Below, one piece after another: positions 36,376-41,160 of a DNA stretch of 41,160 nucleotides (the stretch's first letter is position 1; every line of letters starts with the position of its first letter). The stretch covers positions 1 to 41,160 of the IMG/VR virus record IMGVR_UViG_3300017910_000891; one strand, given 5' to 3'. Both the position numbers and the translations under genes were made by a program. The DNA comes from a virus. Its lineage: Duplodnaviria > Caudoviricetes. Below the pieces are notes generated by a model, which saw nothing but the letters and a program-made list of their open reading frames with translations, was not told the origin of the DNA and did not search any database.

Positions 36376-36660
36376 TTAGTCGTTGGCCGTCATGGTCTCG
36401 ACGATGGCGTTTTGCAGCCTCACGATGGCGCTGCGTGCCTCCTCGACCAGATCGTGCATGGCCTCTCGGTCAGCGCTCGCTGCATCAAGCGCCTCGCGAA
36501 CGTCGTCCATGTGCTGGTAGTTGCGGCTGTGAAGGACGTTGGTGATAAGCCCCTCGCGAGCACCTTCGACGGTCAGGAGCGCTTCCTTGCAGCCGAGAAA
36601 CGCTGCGTAGAAGTCTTCGCGGGAGTTGCCGTTGAGGCCGATGCGTGCGTGGATTTTCAT
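36376..36660 (-). CDS. Hypothetical early protein
   Basis: MKIHARIGLNGNSREDF...HSRNYQ; ATG 36660 after motif + AAGGA. Confidence 0.7.
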   Translation of the reverse strand: MKIHARIGLNGNSREDFYAAFLGCKEALLTVEGAREGLITNVLHSRNYQHMDDVREALDAASADREAMHDLVEEARSAIVRLQNAIVETMTAND

Positions 36661-36687
36661 GAGAATTTTCCTTGTGGTTGGTTGTGC

Positions 36688-36800
36688 GGAGCATCTGCTC
36701 CAAAAGACCCGCCACGCGAGCGGGCAAGTTGGAGAAGACGAAAATGAGGCGTGCTTGCCTCGTGATGCTGGCCTCTCGCGAGACCAGCACTGCGAGACAA
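36688..36800 (-). promoter_or_regulatory. Structured intergenic RNA (processing or attenuation element)
   Basis: 19-bp hairpin with GCGA tetraloop (36755-36800), second hairpin 36698-36734, competing hairpin 36688-36701. Confidence 0.5.
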
Positions 36801-36911
36801 TCAATCGAGCGTGTCCTCGTCTGTGATTGGTGCGTTGTCGTGGTCGTCCATGACGGCAGCCGCGAGGGCTGCCAGATCGTCTGCGCGATCGTCTGCGTTG
36901 AAGTCGAACAT
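36801..36911 (-). CDS. 36-aa acidic peptide (absent from the ORF track)
   Basis: MFDFNADDRADDLAALAAAVMDDHDNAPITDEDTLD; strong SD CAGGAG. Confidence 0.65.
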   Translation of the reverse strand: MFDFNADDRADDLAALAAAVMDDHDNAPITDEDTLD

Positions 36912-36938
36912 GTGTTTTCTCCTGTGTGGGTGCGTGGA

Positions 36939-37271
36939 TTACTTGGCGAAGAAGGCTGCGAGGAACGCCTCGCGAGAGGCGGTCAAGCTCGCTTCCACAC
37001 GAGCGCGGAGCGCTGCGTCCGCGTCAGGCTTGGGAGCCGCGTTGCGTGCCTTGGGCACGTCCGCGACGGGAGCCGCCGGCGCTGGAGCGGGCTCGGGAGC
37101 GGACACCATGCGCGTGAGTTTCGCGTGCAAGCTCTGCGAGGGCTTGGTGCGGCGACGTCCCGCCTTGATGCACGCGTCGAGGTACGCGAGGACAGGCTGC
37201 GCTTGCGTTGGGTCTGCCTGCACGAGTGCGTTGAGTTCCTTGGCGGTCTTGAGTGCGTATGCGTTGGTCAT
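36939..37271 (-). CDS. First early gene, hypothetical Ala-rich protein
   Basis: MTNAYALKTAKELN..., ATG 37271, SD AAGGA. Confidence 0.7.
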   Translation of the reverse strand: MTNAYALKTAKELNALVQADPTQAQPVLAYLDACIKAGRRRTKPSQSLHAKLTRMVSAPEPAPAPAAPVADVPKARNAAPKPDADAALRARVEASLTASREAFLAAFFAK

Positions 37272-37518
37272 GGTAGATTTTCCTTGTGTACGTGTGAGTG
37301 CGCGAGTGCGCGTAAATTCTCGTTTGACGAGAGTGAGGGAACCGGAAAAAGCAAAAATCCGATTTCCGCCAAAAAAGTTCCCTTCGGGGGAAATCAAAAC
37401 CCCAACGATTTCAGGAATTTGCTAGCAAATTCCGAGCGCGAAACCCGCAAACGGGGGGCCGGGTGGGCGCCCCGCCGCCGCGCACGCGGGTCGACGTAAC
37501 TGGTGCGTCGAAAATTTT

Positions 37519-37557
37519 TTGCGCAAAATCTGAAAGTTTGTTAAAAAAGTTTACACC
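37519..37557 (+). promoter_or_regulatory. Promoter + operator upstream of the packaging genes
   Basis: TTGCGC (37519)-N17-TAAAAA; TTTGTTAAAAAAGTTTACACC at 37537-37557. Confidence 0.55.
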
Positions 37558-37571
37558 GCAGAGGAAAGTGC

Positions 37572-38432
37572 ATGTTTGAGTGGAAACCGCCCCGTCCACC
37601 ACGCAAGCCCCGCCCAAAGTACCATCCACTCAAGGAGCTGCGCGACCGCCCATGGGGCGTTAGGGGGCCAAGCAGACACAAGCTGCACCCAAGGAACTGG
37701 CTACTGAATGGAATACCCCGCATCTATTGGCCCATCGTCCTTCCAGACGGGCACAAACTGCTTCCACCGGGCCGTAAACACAGCCACAGGCGCGAATGCG
37801 TGTGGTGTCGGCGCGTTTTCTACACGGAAATGGACACCAGCACCCTCTCCAGCCGCTTTTGCTGCTCCCGATGCGAGCAATACTTCGCCCGATACGCTGA
37901 AAGGCACCGGAAAAAGGTCTGGCTCAAGGATCTGGCCACCCAACGCGCCCTTGAATTGGCCGCGTGGCGACAACGAGTACGTGAATACAAGGCTCAGCGG
38001 CTACAAATGGTCCACCAGCTGGCCGAAAGCACCGATCTACCGCTTGAATGGCTACTTCAAATCGAGAAAAGAGGGTTTGCCGCAGTGACAAAAGAACTTT
38101 TGGACATGGCAGAGAAGGCCCGCCTCGTCACAGAGACGCGCTACCACATCGAGCACACCATCGCGACCGAGCTACCCAAGCTCGTCAAGCTGGCCGCCGC
38201 CAGTCTCGATCCCAACAACGCCGACACCCAACCCCTCACCACCGCCCAAGTCACCCTGCTGCGCATGTTGCTCGACAAGGTCGTACCCAACGCCAGCTCG
38301 GCCACCATGAACAACAACGCCGCCCTCCTAGAGATCGACGTCGACACCATGGACGCCGCGCAACTCGAACAACTGGCCGAACAGACCCGCATCCCCATCA
38401 TTGACCACAGCGAGGACGACGACTGTGATTAA
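37572..38432 (+). CDS. Putative terminase small subunit with an N-terminal basic/Zn-finger region
   Basis: SD GAGGA; CVWC...CCSRC; C-terminal LRMLLDKVVPNA...DAAQLEQLA. Position upstream of terL. Internal ATG at 38106 is possible. Confidence 0.5.
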   Translation: MFEWKPPRPPRKPRPKYHPLKELRDRPWGVRGPSRHKLHPRNWLLNGIPRIYWPIVLPDGHKLLPPGRKHSHRRECVWCRRVFYTEMDTSTLSSRFCCSRCEQYFARYAERHRKKVWLKDLATQRALELAAWRQRVREYKAQRLQMVHQLAESTDLPLEWLLQIEKRGFAAVTKELLDMAEKARLVTETRYHIEHTIATELPKLVKLAAASLDPNNADTQPLTTAQVTLLRMLLDKVVPNASSATMNNNAALLEIDVDTMDAAQLEQLAEQTRIPIIDHSEDDDCD

Positions 38433-38640
38433 GAAGAAGAAGTACCTCCCCAGCACCCTGTCCCTGCCCGAACTCGGCAAGGCCATGAAGCAGCTGGACC
38501 TAACCTCCATACCCCCACAGAACCGGGCAAAGGCCATCCGCGAGCACCTGACCAAGATCATGGCCGACACCGTCACCGACGCAGACGCCAAACAGAAGCT
38601 CCGTTACGCCGACTTCCGCAACAAGCACAACTTCCAATGA
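38425..38640 (+). CDS. Hypothetical basic protein
   Basis: GTG 38425 with SD GAGGA; ATGA-coupled to terL. Confidence 0.6.
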   Translation: MIKKKKYLPSTLSLPELGKAMKQLDLTSIPPQNRAKAIREHLTKIMADTVTDADAKQKLRYADFRNKHNFQ

Positions 38641-40292
38641 AGCTCACGCCAAAACAGCTCGCCGCCCTAAACCGGCTCCAGAAACTCAAGAGCGCACAAA
38701 ACAACTTCGAGGGCTTCGTCCGCCTCATCCAGCCTGACTGGGACATCCCGCAGTTCCACCTCGACCTGATCGACACGCTCGACAAGTTCGGCAAAGACCG
38801 GTGGCCCACGAAGAACCTGCTCATCACCATGCCGCCGCGCCATTCAAAAAGCACCTACTGCACGCAGCTGTTCCCGGCGTGGTACATGCTCTGCAAGCCC
38901 GAGCGCTACGTGATGTCCAGTTCCTACAACAGCGAATTGGCCAAAGGCTTCGGCAGAGGGGTGCGCGACCTATTCAACCACCCCCAGTCCCAAGCAGCCT
39001 TCCCGCACTCCAAGATCAGCAAGCACACCCGCTCCGCCTCCCAGTGGGCCACCCAGTCGGGCGGCGAGTATTTCGGTGTCGGCCTCGGCTCCACGACAAC
39101 CGGTCGCCCAGCCAACCTGCTGATCGTTGACGACCCCATCAAGTCCCGCGCCGAAGCGGAGAGCATGACCCAGCGAAACCAAACCTGGGATTTTTACGTC
39201 TCGGGTCTCAGCACCCGTCTCCAGCCCGAAGAAGACGGCACCCCACCACGCCAAGTCGTGGTCCTCACCCGTTGGCACCCTGACGACCTAGCGGGCCGCC
39301 TAATGCAAAGCTACGACTGGCAGGACGGCCTTTGGCACCACGTCAACCTGCCGGCCATCCGCACAGAGACAGTCCAGAAGAAGCGCTGGCTCCTGCCCGT
39401 CGACCACCCAGAGCGTGTGCCCCAGAAGAAGTGCGACCCCGAAGACACCACCTTCCCCGTCGAGCAGGAAGTCGCCCTCTGGCCCGAGCGCTTCGACGTC
39501 CCCACGCTCAAGCGCTTCGAGCGCCAGAACCCCCGCGACTTCGCCGCCCTCTACCAGCAAATGCCTTTCGTCAAAGGGGGCAACCTGTTCCGTACCGACT
39601 GGTGGCAGACCTACGACGAAGCCACGCTGCCCAAGGAATGGTCCTCCATCATCATCGGCGTCGACACGGCCTACACCAAGACTAGCCGGTCCGACTATTC
39701 AGTGGCCGTTATCACTGGCCTCACGCACACCGGCGACATGTACCTGCTTGACGTCATTCGGATGCGGGCCGAGATGCCCGACTTCAAGCGGCGCCTCATC
39801 AACCTCAACTCCGTCTGGCGCGGCAGAGGCCTGCGTGGCATCTACATCGAGGCCGGTGCAGCCGCCTCCGGTGCCACCCTGCTCCAAGAGCTGCGCCGCG
39901 AGACGCCGCTCAACGTACTGCCCTACAAAAACGGTCGCGCAGACAAAGTGACCCGTGCCAGCTCCATCGCACCCTTCATCGAGGGTGGTCGTGTCTTCCT
40001 CCCGGCCCAAGCGCCATGGCTCGATGACTTCGTCGAGGAATGCACCCAGTTCCCAGATGGCAGACACGATGACCAAGTCGATGCCATGGTCATTGCCATT
40101 GACCAGCTCAGCCGCCAGTTCGTCAGCCCCTTCGAGGACATCGAGTACGACCAGCCCAGCCTCGAAGACATGGCCAAGACAGCCGGCGAAAGCCTCACGA
40201 AAAAGATCGCCAAGAAGGACGCCAACATCCACTCCATAGCGGATACTCCTGAGTGGACCGGTTGGGGGCAATCCCGCCTCCCTCCGCGCTAA
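38637..40292 (+). CDS. terL: Terminase large subunit
   Basis: Walker A MPPRHSKS, Walker B LLIVDDP, LTRWHPDDL, nuclease IGVDTA...YIE...HDDQVDA. Confidence 0.95.
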   Translation: MKLTPKQLAALNRLQKLKSAQNNFEGFVRLIQPDWDIPQFHLDLIDTLDKFGKDRWPTKNLLITMPPRHSKSTYCTQLFPAWYMLCKPERYVMSSSYNSELAKGFGRGVRDLFNHPQSQAAFPHSKISKHTRSASQWATQSGGEYFGVGLGSTTTGRPANLLIVDDPIKSRAEAESMTQRNQTWDFYVSGLSTRLQPEEDGTPPRQVVVLTRWHPDDLAGRLMQSYDWQDGLWHHVNLPAIRTETVQKKRWLLPVDHPERVPQKKCDPEDTTFPVEQEVALWPERFDVPTLKRFERQNPRDFAALYQQMPFVKGGNLFRTDWWQTYDEATLPKEWSSIIIGVDTAYTKTSRSDYSVAVITGLTHTGDMYLLDVIRMRAEMPDFKRRLINLNSVWRGRGLRGIYIEAGAAASGATLLQELRRETPLNVLPYKNGRADKVTRASSIAPFIEGGRVFLPAQAPWLDDFVEECTQFPDGRHDDQVDAMVIAIDQLSRQFVSPFEDIEYDQPSLEDMAKTAGESLTKKIAKKDANIHSIADTPEWTGWGQSRLPPR

Positions 40293-40303
40293 GGAGCCGC
40301 CCC

Positions 40304-40597
40304 ATGGCAGACGTCATCAAGTTTCCCACTCTGAACACCAGTTCCGAAAACGAAGAAAAGATCTTCGCCGACCTGATGTCCGGGCACCTGCCCAAACTTG
40401 GAGAAGACTGCCGCTTCACGCTGCCCGACGGCCCCGTCACGGGCACGCTCACGGCCTTAATCGCCGAAGACGGAATGCCCACCGAGCAGTTCAACGAGGC
40501 CCACTTGATGATCGTCGCCTTCCCACAGGACGACGGCTTCACGGTCATCCCTCTTGGCCCCCGCGCACACACGTTCAGCCTTAGCCTGTCCATGTAA
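40304..40597 (+). CDS. Hypothetical protein
   Basis: MADVIKFPT..., ATG 40304, SD AAGGAG. Confidence 0.65.
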   Translation: MADVIKFPTLNTSSENEEKIFADLMSGHLPKLGEDCRFTLPDGPVTGTLTALIAEDGMPTEQFNEAHLMIVAFPQDDGFTVIPLGPRAHTFSLSLSM

Positions 40598-40598
40598 C

Positions 40599-40634
40599 AA
40601 CCGGGACGACAACGTCCCCACAAACAAAGATAAC
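40599..40634 (+). promoter_or_regulatory. Putative phage late promoter (GGACGAC-N18-GATAAC)
   Basis: 15-mer identical to 7613-7627; directly upstream of the portal gene. Confidence 0.65.
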
Positions 40635-40641
40635 CAGCTTC

Positions 40642-41160
40642 ATGGTAGTAGCACTCCCCAATTACCGCTCCAGTGCGGGTGTCCAACTCACTGAGAGCCG
40701 CCTCGTTGCGGATCTTAGCGAGCACGCCGATGCTTTGCTTAATCAGCAAGACATCAGCGACCTCCTCACAGACGAGCAAGAGCGCAAGATCGCCGAATAC
40801 GTGAAGGCCTGCGCCGAGATGTCGTATCACCAAGTCAGCAAGCGCTACGGCAGCTGGCTGGAGGCCGACAGGGCGCACGACGTTTACGTGCCGCCAGACA
40901 CCACTGAGTTCCGCGAAAAGGCCGTCATCCCAGACACCCGCGCCATTGCCGACACTGTCCTGACTTACATGATGGCCGCCACCACGGGCAGGAACCCCAT
41001 GTTCCAGCTCGAAGGCATGAACCGTCAGTCCCGCAACGCCGCCCTCATCCTCGAACGGGTGATCCACCAGCAGATGCGCCGGGGCGCTGGCGAAGCGAAC
41101 GTCGCGCAAATCTTCCTCGACGGCATCCGCTACGGCTTTGCGCCTACCAAGCTGGTCTTC
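40642..41160 (+). CDS. Portal protein, N-terminal part (runs off the window)
   Basis: Open frame MVVALPNYRS...AVIPDTRAIADTVLTYMM...FLDGIRYGFAPTKLVF; D-x-x-x-YG motif and position after terL fit podovirus portals. Confidence 0.8.
   Translation, partial: MVVALPNYRSSAGVQLTESRLVADLSEHADALLNQQDISDLLTDEQERKIAEYVKACAEMSYHQVSKRYGSWLEADRAHDVYVPPDTTEFREKAVIPDTRAIADTVLTYMMAATTGRNPMFQLEGMNRQSRNAALILERVIHQQMRRGAGEANVAQIFLDGIRYGFAPTKLVF

Larger units (their letters stand above)
30125..36683 (-). repeat. Dispersed start-associated motif AACCAACCAC(A)(C)AGGAG, 10 exact copies
   Basis: GTGGTTGGTT on + at 30125, 31848, 33406, 33829, 34324, 34798, 35252, 35563, 36368 and 36674; partial copies at 33539-33552 and 35964-35972. 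All in one orientation. Confidence 0.92.
1..41160. mobile_element. Temperate podovirus-like bacteriophage (partial, circularly permuted genome)
   Basis: Terminase, portal, ejection proteins, spanins, prim-pol/helicase and integrase + Xis are present. No host housekeeping genes and no tape-measure or sheath genes. The attP-like region next to int looks intact, suggesting the excised or virion form. Confidence 0.95.

Noticed and set aside
30125-36683. Repeat motif plus Cas4-like gene as a CRISPR system
   Set aside because: The repeats are only 10-17 nt and separated by whole genes of variable length. There is no cas1/cas2, and the Cas4-like nuclease sits in a normal Sak4-SSB module.
27767-36683. 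Integron (IntI + attC cassettes)
   Set aside because: The repeats are not palindromic, lack RYYYAAC/GTTRRRY cores, and the recombinase shows no IntI insertion. Retained only as a low-probability shuffling idea.
1-41160. tRNA/tmRNA, reverse transcriptase/DGR, DNA polymerase A, RNA polymerase, LexA or CtrA boxes
   Set aside because: No convincing motifs were seen by eye; tRNAscan, HMM and PWM scans would be needed to exclude them formally.

Overview
This window holds most of a temperate, podovirus-like dsDNA phage genome. It starts inside a tail gene and ends inside the portal gene, so the capsid and tail-tube block lies outside it. The host is probably an alphaproteobacterium (inference). Modules in order: tail fibre, four internal-virion (ejection) proteins including a 2963-aa polyvalent-type protein, and overlapped spanins (144-16913, +); a Sak4/SSB/Cas4-like recombination block (-); Cro-like HTH, prim-pol/helicase, HTH-Zn protein, Holliday junction resolvase, Rap1a-like protein and a lysozyme-like protein (+); attP, integrase and Xis; a long leftward early region (LuxR-type HTH, second tyrosine recombinase, XRE HTH, CobT/CobS-like pair, about 13 tiny genes); then terminase and portal (+). 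No CI-type repressor is visible. The most notable signal is non-coding. The 10-mer AACCAACCAC sits in the translation-initiation region of 10 early genes, and a structured + strand RNA beside attP (25074-25152) displays its exact complement, plus an anti-SD, in hairpin loops. This is a candidate one-sRNA/many-target silencing (immunity) system. Also found: a 21-bp operator at about 7 promoters, a GGACGAC-N18-(-10) late promoter in 3 copies, and a cuckoo-like two-hairpin RNA. All family calls come from reading motifs by eye; no searches were run.
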